The position numbers and the translations under genes are program-made. DNA of 64,000 nt from Bugula neritina (lineage: Eukaryota; Animalia; Bryozoa): positions 16,368,995 to 16,432,994 of the forward strand of contig OZ037765.1 of the NCBI GenBank assembly GCA_964035545.1, given 5' to 3'. How positions within the stretch are numbered: position 1 is the first letter of the stretch; the number at the start of each line of letters is the position of its first letter. A model generated the notes under the pieces. The model saw nothing but the letters and a program-made list of their open reading frames with translations, was not told the DNA's origin and did not search any database. Below are positions 28,935 through 49,400 of the stretch, piece after piece.

Positions 28935-29351
28935 AACTGTATTTTGACCATTAGCCTAATTATAAATAGAGAACATTTTGTAACAAAAATACCATACCTG
29001 TGCATGGATGGATTTGTTAGTCCAACTGCCAATTTGGTTCAACTTCCCATTAGTCTTCTTCATTTTGGTTTTTGGGGGGAGAACACCAGGTACTACTTTG
29101 CACAAGGATCCATAATTTATAAGATATTGTATATTTGACTGGCCAAAGTTTGTTATGTTTTTGTGTCCATTGAATTGATAATAGAATTTATCTAATTGTT
29201 GCTGAATTGGTATGTGTGTTCAGTGATTAATAAAAAGGGCTTGTCAAATTGATTATATGGTTTAATTTTATTTATAAAAATACAGGTAATTGGTTATAAA
29301 TTGATAACTGGTAAAACGGTTAAAATTATCAGCACTATTGTTGAAAATAAA

Positions 29352-37346
<7,995 letters not shown>

Positions 37347-37631
37347 TCTCCTAATAACTTACCAACCACCGGAAGATAGTGATACAGAAAAAGACTAATC
37401 CTACAAATAATTCAATGCATTTAATTTCAAAATAACTGGAACTTACAAACTGTGCACATATATTACAATTATTTCCTTACACAATAATAAATGTAATACA
37501 GTTGAACACTTAGTTTTAGACTAAGTATAACACTATGACTACTAGTATTACTGTTACTATGAATTACTATTAGTATTATTATTGTAGTGATTTGTAGACT
37601 TATCTCCCTAACTTTTCTAGTTTTAAAATAT

Positions 37632-37985
37632 CGTAATTTTGTTCATTTATGTAAGTCGATCTCGAAGTGTCAGACCTCCAACTGGTTCCGATAGCATCCA
37701 ATTGTCGGATCCGATGGGACTCCATCGGATGTGTCGGAGACTCCGACATTTTCAAGGGAGTCTGATTTTTGGATGCGATCGGTAGAAGTTTCTCGAAAGA
37801 ACTTTTCCCAGTATATAAGAAGGCAAGCTCACACAATAGATCAGTCTACCACTGGAGCCCGCAGGACCAAGACACATATATACAGTTACTCAGATTACAA
37901 TAAAGATTACTTCTACACTACTTGGAAAACCCGTGTTGTTCTTGCACTATTACATTTTAAACCACAAAACTACTACAATATTGTA
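37632..37985 (+). mobile_element. Solo LTR-like repeat, copy 1
   Basis: CpG-rich ~350-bp unit with TATATAAG near 37811 and AATAAA near 37899; AATAT on both flanks (possible 5-bp TSD); degenerate termini CGTAAT...ATTGTA; diverged direct repeat of 40559-41209. Confidence 0.6.
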
Positions 37986-38149
37986 AATATAATAAACATA
38001 ATCATTAATAATTTTCTTTGGTTTTAAATCAAGTTAGAGTTTAATTTACATTATTCAATATTTAATAAAAAACAACATTTTTTATTTTTGATAATTCTTC
38101 TAGTAATTCTTTAAACATTTATTTCATTCATTATTTTTTTGGAAATTAA

Positions 38150-40450
38150 TACTTATTTATAGTTTATGATTACAACAATCACTATCACAATCACAACGAA
38201 AATGATTCTGATGGTGACAATGCCCATACTTAACAGGCACAGCAATGCTTATACTATAAAATAAAAGGGTAACATTACAATAACAATTACAATAACAGTA
38301 TAACAGGTAGCTATTAGTATTAGTATCACTATTATTATTATTAATATTACTATAAGTATAACTATTAGTATTACTAATACTATAAGTATAAGTATAAGTA
38401 ATAATAAATAAAGTATAACGCACATCAAGTTTAACTAGTACTAGGCCTACTACTACTAGTATAACTACAAGTAGCAGTATAACTACAAGTTATATTAAAT
38501 ATAAAAGTAATTCAGTATCAGTATGAGTAAAACAATAAATTTAAATGAAATACTAAAAGTAAAAGTAAATCTAATGCCATTTTTTATCAACAATTAACTA
38601 TTACTATTACTATTAGTAGTATTACTATTTACTATTAGTATTAGTATTACTATTACTATTAGTATTAGTATTTGAGTATTACTATTAGTATTAGTATTAG
38701 ACTTAAATTCATAAGTTTCTGTCACTAACCCTACGTCTAACAACAACACAAACAGTATGAGTAACAGTAACTGTAAGAGTAAGAGTCTATCTCTAACTAA
38801 GTCTAACTCTAAGTGCAACACTAACACTAACAGTTATACTTATTGTTGATAACGTATTAAATTTAATACATTCGTCAATCGCCTTCGGCTTCGCTTTGAC
38901 AGAAAAACTAATACATTTTTGAGCTATAAAATTAAAAATAAGCTAAATCTCATAGTTATACTTACAGTTAATGATATAGTTTTAGTTATACCTATACAGT
39001 TAATGTTATAGTTTTACTTATAACGTAAGTTATAGACTTAAGACTACAGTTATACTTAATCTTAGAGTGGCAGACTCCCACAAGGAAATGAGGAGTCTAG
39101 GTAAAGTGCCGCAGATGCAGATTTTACCCAAGATCTATTAGTGCAGTCTCACTGATTGATGGGGGGTGGGAAGGGGGTGTAGATTGTAGAATAACACTAG
39201 GACTAAGTGTTGGTTTAACTAAGCTTTCGAAAGACGCACAAATCATAATAATATGAAAATAATAAAATGAAACATTTATAAACGCGGTCACATTAAGTAA
39301 CTAACCACTCCTTATCAATTATTTATAAATACTGCTTGCATAGATGACTAAGAATAGACTTGAAACTTTTTATTTTATTATATAGGATCTAAAGTCAACC
39401 ATTATGTTTAAGGCTACAGAGTTATCTACCTTTTGAAAGAAAGGAATGAAAACTTATATAGTTGTAGTAATTTATAGGGAGTTACCTGTGCGGATATAAC
39501 TCCCTGTAGTTGCTGGGTTCTGTTTAAATATGTCTTCTTAGATGCACATTGCTTAGAACAAAGTGAAAGGGGTCTCCTTAAGTTTATTTTTACCAAGTCT
39601 AATGGCTATAGGCTTTAAAGTTTTAAACACTCTACTAGAGTGAAGCATGTCGGTATTTAAATAAGCTGATACTAATAGGTTAGTTCTGCGTGAAATTTTG
39701 AATTAACCATGCGAAGTTGTCTACTAGTACTACTACTACTACTAGTACTCAGCAATACTACTACTAGTAGTACTAGTAGTAGTATTGCCATTAGTATTAG
39801 TATTACTTTAGTATAACTATAAGTATTACTATTAGTATTAGTATTACTAATACTGTAATACTAATACTGTATTATATTTAGTAATACTAATAGTATAAAT
39901 ATAACCCAGTATTACTATTAGTATTAGTATTACTATTAGTATTACTATTAGTATTAGTATTTATTAGGATTATAAAAAATTATTATATTGTGATTATCAT
40001 TATTATTAATATTATGACCTATGGCTATTAGTTTTACCTTTAGCTTATACTTAAGGTTAATGTCAATATCTTGCACTTATAGATTTATAGTTATACTTAC
40101 ACTATTACTATAGTCTATAAGTATAATTGATACTCATACTAATAGTACCTAATAGTAATAGTTATAGTTATAGTATAACTATTACTAAAAGTAAATGTAA
40201 TGACTATACTACTAAATTAAAATCAAAATGTAATGCTTTTACTTATACTGATTGATACTTAGTCAATTTCATGATCATGATGATAATCATTATTATGATT
40301 ATCATCACCATCATCAGTCAAGTGGATCCATTATGATTATTATTATTAATGACTCATGAGTGATCAGTCAGCCTACATTGATCTTATACTGTAAAGTTGA
40401 ACTATTCACATCAAACTAATAATAGTAATACTAATAGTACGTTAATTACT
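38150..40450. repeat. Low-complexity TAGTAT/TACTAT-type short-repeat domain between twinfilin and LRRC49
   Basis: Long runs of imperfect 3- and 6-mer repeats (TATTAG, TATTAC, AGTATA) around a more complex island at ~39060-39720. Confidence 0.75.
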
Positions 40451-40558
40451 AAGTTATTATGGTTATTTTATTGTATGACTGTGGGTATATTTAATTTATT
40501 GTAATGAATTTTAGCGTATAATAATTTAGATCTGTCTTTTTAATTTTTTATTTAATAT

Positions 40559-41209
40559 AGTAATTTTTCTGCAATTATGTAAGCCGATCTCGGCCGAGAA
40601 TTGGAACTGTGAGGATGTCGGGATCTCCGACTGGGTTTGAGGCATTCGATTGTCGGATCCGATCGGACTCAATCAAATGCGATCAGACATGTCGGTGGCT
40701 CCAACATCTTCACAGGAACCCCGATTCTCGGGCGCGATTGGCAGAAGTTTCTTGGAGAGACTTTTTCCCAGCATATAAGTAGGCGAGCTCACAGAGTAGA
40801 TCAGTCTATCACTGGAGCTCGCTGGATCAAGACACACACACACGGATACTCTTATAGATTATAATAAAAATTATTCTACTCAACACGGACAACCTATAAC
40901 TCACGCACTCACGCAAGTTTACAGTCACTATCCCTGTGAGAAAACCCCTGATGTAAAGGGTTTTTGTTAAAGCGGGCTAAGGACTTATATAAATGAGGCA
41001 CAGGAGCAATTATGACTGAATGCTTTTCTTAACATCACCAATGGCCTTTCTCCGGGCTCAAAGTCATGACCTCGTGTTTACTAGGCAAATGCTCCAACCC
41101 CTAGACCACGGCTGCTCCCCCAACACGGACAACCTATCTTGTTTCTTATATGCAAAGTTATGCTCCCCACTTAATTGCATTCTACCCACAAAGCTACTAA
41201 AATATTACA
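40559..41209 (+). mobile_element. Solo LTR-like repeat, copy 2, interrupted by a SINE
   Basis: Shares TATGTAAG(C/T)CGATCTCG, TTGTCGGATCCGAT, TTTTCCCAG(C/T)ATATAAG and TAGATCAGTCTA(C/T)CACTGGAGC with copy 1; ends ...ATATTACA. No clear TSD. Confidence 0.58.
40898..41120 (-). mobile_element. tRNA-derived SINE inserted into an LTR-like repeat
   Basis: Perfect 17-bp TSD CAACACGGACAACCTAT (40881-40897 and 41121-41137); minus-strand head GGGGAGCAGCCGTGGTCTAGGGGTTGGAGC (A box), short (GCGTGAGT)2 tail. Confidence 0.82.
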
Positions 41210-43496
41210 ATCGCTATGATGTTGACTAGAGTAGCAGTATGAGTGTGACTGTAAATGTATGTGCATAACTTAGTTACATGTCACTGAACAATATGGATAT
41301 GAATGCTTGTAAGTTATTTTGATGCTTTCTATTTTTATTTCTTTTAGTTGGCATATTACTTTGTTATAATTATAAAATTTATAAAAGACTACGTTTGTTG
41401 AAATTTTGTTTTGAGGTAAACAACATCTGGTGCATAATAATAAAGCATATAGTGCAAGGATTATTTAAAATAAATGCTAACAAAGCTAAAATTTGAAATA
41501 AATGGGTTCATAAAAACTGACATGTCATTCTTTCAACAGATAATTTCAAATTCTTAATCTACTGTGTTTTATGCTAACCATACAGGTCCTAAAACATTTT
41601 AAACAAGATTTTTATTAAAACTGTGCTGTTCAACATGTCTTCTATCTACTTTTGTTTTGATAAAAATCTATCAGCTAGTACTCTGAAAAATTGAGCCTCT
41701 GGCTAGGAGCAGCAGGGCTGTCCTGTGTCATAATTTTTCTCATTGACTTACCAAATTGCTGGTTGCATGTTGGTCATTCCATGCCAACTCAACCAAATTT
41801 CAGGGAACCCCACGTCTTTGCTTCTCAGATTTTATTCATATATACACCAAATTGACCTACACATGTCCTGAGTACTATTCTTTAATAGATCTGCCCTAAT
41901 ACAAAACTTTTTGAGAAATGACTACTTTTATGAACGAAGGTTGGGAAATATTTTTAGGAAAATTTGTGGCTTCTACAATTTTAGAACAATTTATAAATGT
42001 CCATATCCCAATTATTTTTCTAGACTGAACCTTAAAATTTGCTGTGTGATTTGATAAGATCTATCAATTTGCACTAGTGTAACACACACAACAGAATACT
42101 TTGTGTGCATATATGCTAAGCCATTGAATATAGGGAAATTTTTGTGAATTTTGAAAAATTTCAAACATTCACCACATTATAAATGGCGTTTATTTTTATT
42201 TTACATCTATAACTTTTTCTCCATGAGTAGTTGTATTTTTTTCTGGATTATAGTGGCTTTATACTCCCCAGTTTGTGCTACTTTGAAAATTGTATTTTCC
42301 TAGATATAGATGCTTTATGTTGAAAAAATATGAAAACTCTCCCAACTTCACAAGGATGTAACCCAATGTAACTATATCCAAAATTGGTAAAAGTTTTGTT
42401 TCTAAACGTCTCATAAATATTTATACTAACTTGCTCTTAGAAGGAAGCCTATGACCACTTCATCAACTTATTTGTGAATATAATTAATAAAGGAAATTTC
42501 TGCACTTCATGATGACAACAAATCTTTTATTTGTGTTTTTTGAACGCTTATCTGCAACTCATTTGTGTCATATACATGTTGCAGTACAATGGCAATAGTT
42601 CAATGTATTAGTTCATATTTTGTAAAAAAAAGACTTTACTTTGAATGATATTAGTAGATGAATTCTTTTGATGTTGAGAAATGTTTTGCATTGGTGTATT
42701 TGAATTTCATAGCCCACTAAATTTTTCTGTAAAGTTGTTGAATTAGGAAAGTAACTTGGCAAAGTGTTTATTTGAAGTTTATGAGCCTGTTCTTATATTA
42801 CTAATTATTTGTTTTGTGACAGCTCTTGTGTCCTTTTACTCTGATTTAATATATAACCTTAAACAGTTTCATAGAACTTTGTTAGCGAATTGTGTGGTAT
42901 TGAGCATTGTACTGGTTCTCCACGGCTGGTGATTTAATCTTGCCCGATACTCTCTGTGGTTTAGTCCTTAATGTCTGAGTTAAATCTTTGTATATTGTAA
43001 GTTGTTTCCAATTGATGATGGTATTACTTTTGTTGTATATAGTGTGTCGTGTGGAATATAACCAAGCTCATTCTGCTTAAATATATATAGTTGTATTTCA
43101 TAGTATTTTGTAGGTTTATAGCTTTGCTGAGGGCTGTTGTAAAAGTTTTTCTTATATTTATTTTAGCTAATTTTAAACTTACCTTTTAATATTAATATTA
43201 TTATTATTATACTATTTATTGTTTTATGTCAAAATAAATACATGTCTTTATTCTTTTTTAGAACACTGATATTTCGCAGCGATTCCTTAAAGCAAGTGTG
43301 GATTGGTTAGTCATATGCCATGTATACCTCTTTTTCAAAGTCAATGGCTGGTTCTAGAAATGTTTCAGCAAGCAAATCAGAGGTATAACTGTAGTTGGAA
43401 ATTTTTTAACCATGTTATGATTTTATGTAAATTGCCTTTGCGCGTTTTCTTATGTAGGAATAACGTTTCACATATTGTTGCTTTGTGTTATTTTAG

Positions 43497-46400
43497 GGTA
43501 GATATTTGGAGCCAAGTCAACTCAAGTTACAGGCAACTGGAAATACAGTTGTTGAACGGCCAAGGGACTTTGTTAGACCGGTAAAGTTTTAAACTCTCTT
43601 TTACAATAATACTTCAAGCATAGTAAACATTTATACTTGAATGATGTTTTGTCACTGTTATTATTGCATTTTCATCACTACTTTTAGTGTGTCTGTATTT
43701 TAAGCAAGTCAAATTGAACAACTTTTGTCATTTAAGTATTACTGGTAGTTAGCACCTCTATTTTATGGTTTTTATGCTGCATTAACTTCTGCCATTTATA
43801 CAGCTTGTTTATTTTAGCCTCCTCAAAAATATGAGGTATGTTTTTAGTTTTTCCAGGAAAGGTGAGGATGAGTGCACAGCAAATTATATGCTAATTATTT
43901 CATAAATCTGCTATTGTATTCTATATTCTGCTAAATTCTGCAACAAACTTTACTCTTAATTTACTCTACGTATGCTATTCAAGAAGTTTACTCTTTTGAT
44001 CATTTTGCTAGTTAGAAGGCCTATTTTAAATATTTTTCTTGAAATAGATTTATTTAGACAGTCTTCTTTTTTGAAAGGTATGTTTCATTAGAACTAATAG
44101 TAACTATTATTTTACTTATTACAACGTAGCAAGAGCAATTATAGCTTTAGAATTTTTATCAAAAAAGTATTTATTTAGTATTATGATTATGTGATAATAT
44201 GCTTATGAAGTATAATATATAATTAAAGTCATTTGTTCTATTGGCTATGTTTTAATGTTTATAATAAGCTAAAGATTTGATCATATATGATAGCTGGCTG
44301 AAGAAATGTTGATGGAGAAATTAGGTGTATTGAGATTAACTCAGCTCCAACAGAAATAGTTTAGCAATGTTTAAGTAAGGATGAAATTTTATTTCAAGTA
44401 AATAAAGTATGAGCTTTAAATAGTTTTAGTTTGTAGGTCCTTTTCCCATTTTGTATTTTTTTCTCTTTCAGCACTGCATTAGCTTTGCATTATTGTAATT
44501 TGCCAAGTGTGTTTTTGTTGCATCCACTGGGTTACTGCTATAAATGATGGATGTATAGTTATATAATGTTTCAATCCATCCATTTAAATTGACAATAGAT
44601 ACAGTGTGACCAATGCAATATGTAAAGACACTATTGAAAAAGTAAACTGTAACTGGTGAATTTCACTTGAATATATCATAACATCGTCATTCTATCTATG
44701 TTTTACATCAAGCAATGAATCTCAGTTCCATGTTCCTTAATTTTAGGGCCGATTTTCCTAATTCCTTCTTATTATTTTGTTTTGATTCATTCTATTTTAT
44801 TGATATTAATTATTAATATTAATTTTATTTAATTTATTATTATTGACACTAGCACTAATTTATCATTTTATTATAACACACATTTGGGACTTTTTAGTAC
44901 TGCTGCAAACTTTGAGATGTGTTGAGTTGTTCTAAAGTAAAGTTGTGTGCACTTCAAAAATAAGTTCTGCAGAATCGAAAGTAGGCAAAATGTCTTACAA
45001 AGATGTTATTAAAGCTTAAATCTTCTTATAATTATATATTTCCACAGAGAGCACTTACCTTTCTTTACCTCAAGTTGATTGAGTAAATATTAAGCTCACT
45101 GCTGATGAAATATATGTACTTCTTTCTTCAAGTCTTATCATGATGTGCTGGAGCAACATTGGCTGTGTTATAGCATATACATTCATATTTGTTTTAACAG
45201 GCATTAGATTTTCGGCTTACTAAAGATACTGGAGTTGTCCGATCTGTAGGTGATCGTGTGTTATCTCCTTCAAGTTTTCATGCCAATATCACTAGTGCAA
45301 GAAGAGCTAATAGTGGTGATGTTCAACACTTTTCTACAGGTGTGTAATATTTTATATGAATAACATCATATGATTTCACACTGCACTATTATTAATTCAA
45401 ATGACGTTATATTGAGCTATCCTTTTCTGTTTTCTTTCTACAATTTAGTTGCATGCTTAAGTTATCTTTTATTCATCCATAAAAGAATCTTCACAGTTTT
45501 AAGACACAAGACTATTTTCTGTGATACTAGGTAGTAATAGTAGGCTATTTACTGCTTATAGCTGTATGGTAGGATTTTGTTACCACGTTTGGCTTATTTG
45601 TGAGGTTGAAGAACATGTCAGTTCTACACAATATTGCTCACAGTACATTGCAAGGCTATTTTTTTAAGAAAAACTGTTGAAATACATTTACGAAAATTAA
45701 GATATCTACAACAACTTAGCTACCAGCTTAATACAGGTTTAAGGTTATTAGCCCAATTAGTTTAATTATAATTATAATAAAATTTGTTCGTAGATGTTTA
45801 AATTTGTGATTTTACATAGTTTCATGGGTTTCATCCCACTTAGACGCTTCCCACTTGGACAATTTTTTTATTTTGGTACAATATATATAGTAATATACAA
45901 ATATAACTGTTGCATTTACTGCTAAACATGAAATAAGCTACCAAGCCAGCTATTTGCTTTAACCCAATACTAATTTAGCTACAGTTTATTTTATTCAGAA
46001 TAATAGAATAAAATGCACAAATGCATTTCATGGTATATCACATACTGCTATAAATTACAACTTTTTCTTATTATATTTTGTCTATCTTTTACTTTTAAGT
46101 TTAAGGTTTGTGCAAGATGGCTTCTTATAGAAGCATTTTTACTGTAAGTGGCTTGCTGGTGGCTTCTTTGCTTTCTATTACGTGCTAAATAATAGCATAA
46201 AATACATATATTACACTAAAATCTGTAAATATTGTCTAAGTGGGAAGCGTCCATGTGGGAAACGTCTAAGTGGGATGACACCATCTGCTGAGGATGTTGA
46301 AGTTTGTTTCAGAAGTAACAGAAAGCTAGTGCTGATAACTAGCTGCTGAAATTAGCATATCATTCACTAGGGTGGTGTAAAAGTTTGGAACACAGGCTAT

Positions 46401-49400
46401 ACATACTGCTAATTGAGACAAAAAATAAAGTTACCCTGGTACAGATATAAAGTCAAAATTGCTGATGTATTAAAATGTTGAACATTGGAAAGTTAAGATA
46501 GTCTATTTTCAATTCGAAGTAAATGCTAGTCTTGATTTTAGTGAAACTATAGATTGAAACTGGTGACAAATTTACCCACTAAAATTACTATATGTTTCAA
46601 AGCAAGTTGATGTTATAATTTAATATTTTAATTATCTACTAGAAATTTGTAAGTATAAAAATGCTAAAAATTCATATTAGTTATACAAATTATGTTAGTA
46701 TTACTATATTATTACTATGGCGATTTTTGTATCTGATTCTAATGATCTTTACAGTTGATGTCACATATAATCATATTTCAAATATAAAACTAAAATGAAA
46801 TTGTTTCAATTTATTTATTTTGTTAATGTTTGTTTCAAGTTTCAACTTATCAGTACCATTATCAATAGTTATATTGCATTTCGATTTTATTGTTATATAA
46901 TTAGATATGACAAATTTATGCTAACTAATTATGTGATAATATTGGCTAACGTATCAAAACTGGTTACAGTCGAAAAATTGGTTTTACTTGGCTACAGAAA
47001 ATTACAACAGTTATTATTTCATAATTTACAACAAAATACCAAAGGTAACTGGTGAAAGTTATAATTACAATCATTGAGGTCCATTTCTTAAATACCCTGT
47101 TTATAGGCAACCTAAAATTAATAAAAATATTGGTCACTAAACAACAACAGGGAACTAAAAAGACCCAAAGATAACTGATTGCATTTGTCTTAAAATGTTA
47201 TTTACATTAACTTTTGCTAATTGCCTTCCCTACCAAATCTCAATCAGGTTTCCTAAACTTATAAATTGATTTTCTACATTGTGTACAAGACATGTATTAT
47301 AACATCAATCTCATGGATAGATGTAACACAGAAGCTGTAATGGAGATATTGCCAAGGTTTTTCTGCATATTTTAACACCGAATAAATGTAATTATATACC
47401 CTGTTTCAAGCATATATATATATATATTTCTTCTGTTGAGTTTTGCTGTATATAATGTGATCTTGTTATATTTATATTTCCACAGGGAGGCAGTATATTG
47501 ATTACTTTGGTGTAGAAATTAGTTTCTTTATGGTTGATAGTATAATACATCAAAGGCATTGGAGTAGTCCTTATCTGACTATTATAACTGATTATTGATC
47601 CTGCATTTTCTTTATTGTACTTAATCATTCATCAATACTATTTGAGAGAAAGATACAAGATTGTAGTACCCTGGTAACTGTGCTTGTTCGAAATCAGTTA
47701 TTATATTTTTAAGCCACTCTACAGTTGCTATATTTTGCGTACCTTCATTTTTGCAGGTTGGTAAGTTATTTTATGTAGGGTTGCTTTGCTGATTATTGTA
47801 CAATATTGAATTAACAATTTAGTTTAGAATCCTTACAGCCTCTACTAGCCCACAGCTGAACAAATTGTAATGTAAAGGTTTTCAACTTTGCTGCAGGCGG
47901 TGCAGGCTAGTCTTTCTTGAAAAGAATTGTTCATAATAATATTTAGATTTCATCGCTTAATAGGTTTTCCAAAGAGATACCTTTTACCAGTTCACAATAT
48001 CACTGATTATGGTATGTCTAAGCTGGCTGTGTTGGTTTAGAATAGTGCTCTATATAATTACTGGTGTGCACTCACACGTGCAGTCCCCAGTCACTGTGTT
48101 TAGTGTAATATATGAGGCAGTTTTAAAGCAGCCTTCAGTTTCTGTTGAATTCTTTATAAAATTGGCTGAAAGCAATTTTTAGTTTCATCCATAATTTGTG
48201 ATGTAGATCACAGAAAAGAACTAAGGCTCTATAAAACTTGTCCCATCTGCTTGGTGATCAGTATGTACTTAACATTAGTTTAGTCTCTGTGCAGCTATGC
48301 ATTTGTTTGTCAAATAGTAGTTTAATCCAACATCTAATGTGTTATAATCAGTATATCAGTCAGTTAGTGAGTGTAGAAGTTACTGATGTTTTTCTTTGAA
48401 CGTAGTTTGTATCAACTCTGTGTGCATTGCTGGGATAACTAAGTGTATAGGTACAATATTTTGGTGTCTAGTGAATAGATGTTTATCATATTATTGTAAA
48501 ATAGTCCAGTTGTCATAGATTGCTCAATACAGATGTCATTGTAAGTATACTAGCCTTAGTTTTATCGTGAGAACTTCTAAACGATGGACTGGTGCAGTAT
48601 TTTATAGTTGATTATTGTGACCTACAGTGGTCATGCTATCTGCTCTCAGTATACTGGGAGTTAATATAGAGTTTGCAGCATAGTAGGTATTACATGAGTA
48701 AGCCACACAATTCCGATGAAATTTGAGGCCAGATCCTAGGTACTTGGTGAAAATGTAATGGAGTTTCACTTGAATGTTATAATTTTGTGCCTGTTTTTTT
48801 TAAAGATCAGAAAGGTGGAACTGGCCACAGTTGGGTTTGAGTTCACTACCATTTCAGCATTGCAATAAAAATAATTTTTCAATTATATTTTAGTTCTAGA
48901 TTGACTGTGTAAGCGATAAGTGATGGTAGTAATTTCAGAAAATAGTGATATTATTGCCCTTCAAGGGAACATATGTGTTTTAGTCACTTGTGTATCAGAA
49001 GGTCTTTTAATGGTCTGGTTAAATAATTTCATAAGATAATATTAGTTGGAACATTTTGCAAAGTTGTTTTTATAAACAGTTATACTTGCTGGTTTGGAAT
49101 AAACTTCACATTTAAAATCAATACTTAGTTCAACTACATATACAACATTTAATTTATGTTAAAATTATTGAGACCAAACTATACTTGAGTTGTGTTATAC
49201 TTGTTGTACTGGTATTATAATGGTACTGTAGCTGGCTATGCTCCTGTGGTGAATCCAGAAAGTGGCAGCAATACTTATTCCGAAGCTGACGTACTAGATG
49301 ACTCATCTGCTAACCGCAGCAGACATATCAGAAGTAGCAGTGCTTCAGTTATGAACAGCTCAACAGCAGGGGGCTTCAGCAGGACAGCAGGTAAAAGCAG

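Noticed and set aside
38157-38827. Asn/Thr/Leu-rich ORFs
   Set aside because: Translations of low-complexity repeats.
41772-42500. DNA transposon starting GGTCATTCCATGCCAAC
   Set aside because: Looks like a transposon end, but I found no matching opposite terminus or TSD, so no boundaries can be given.
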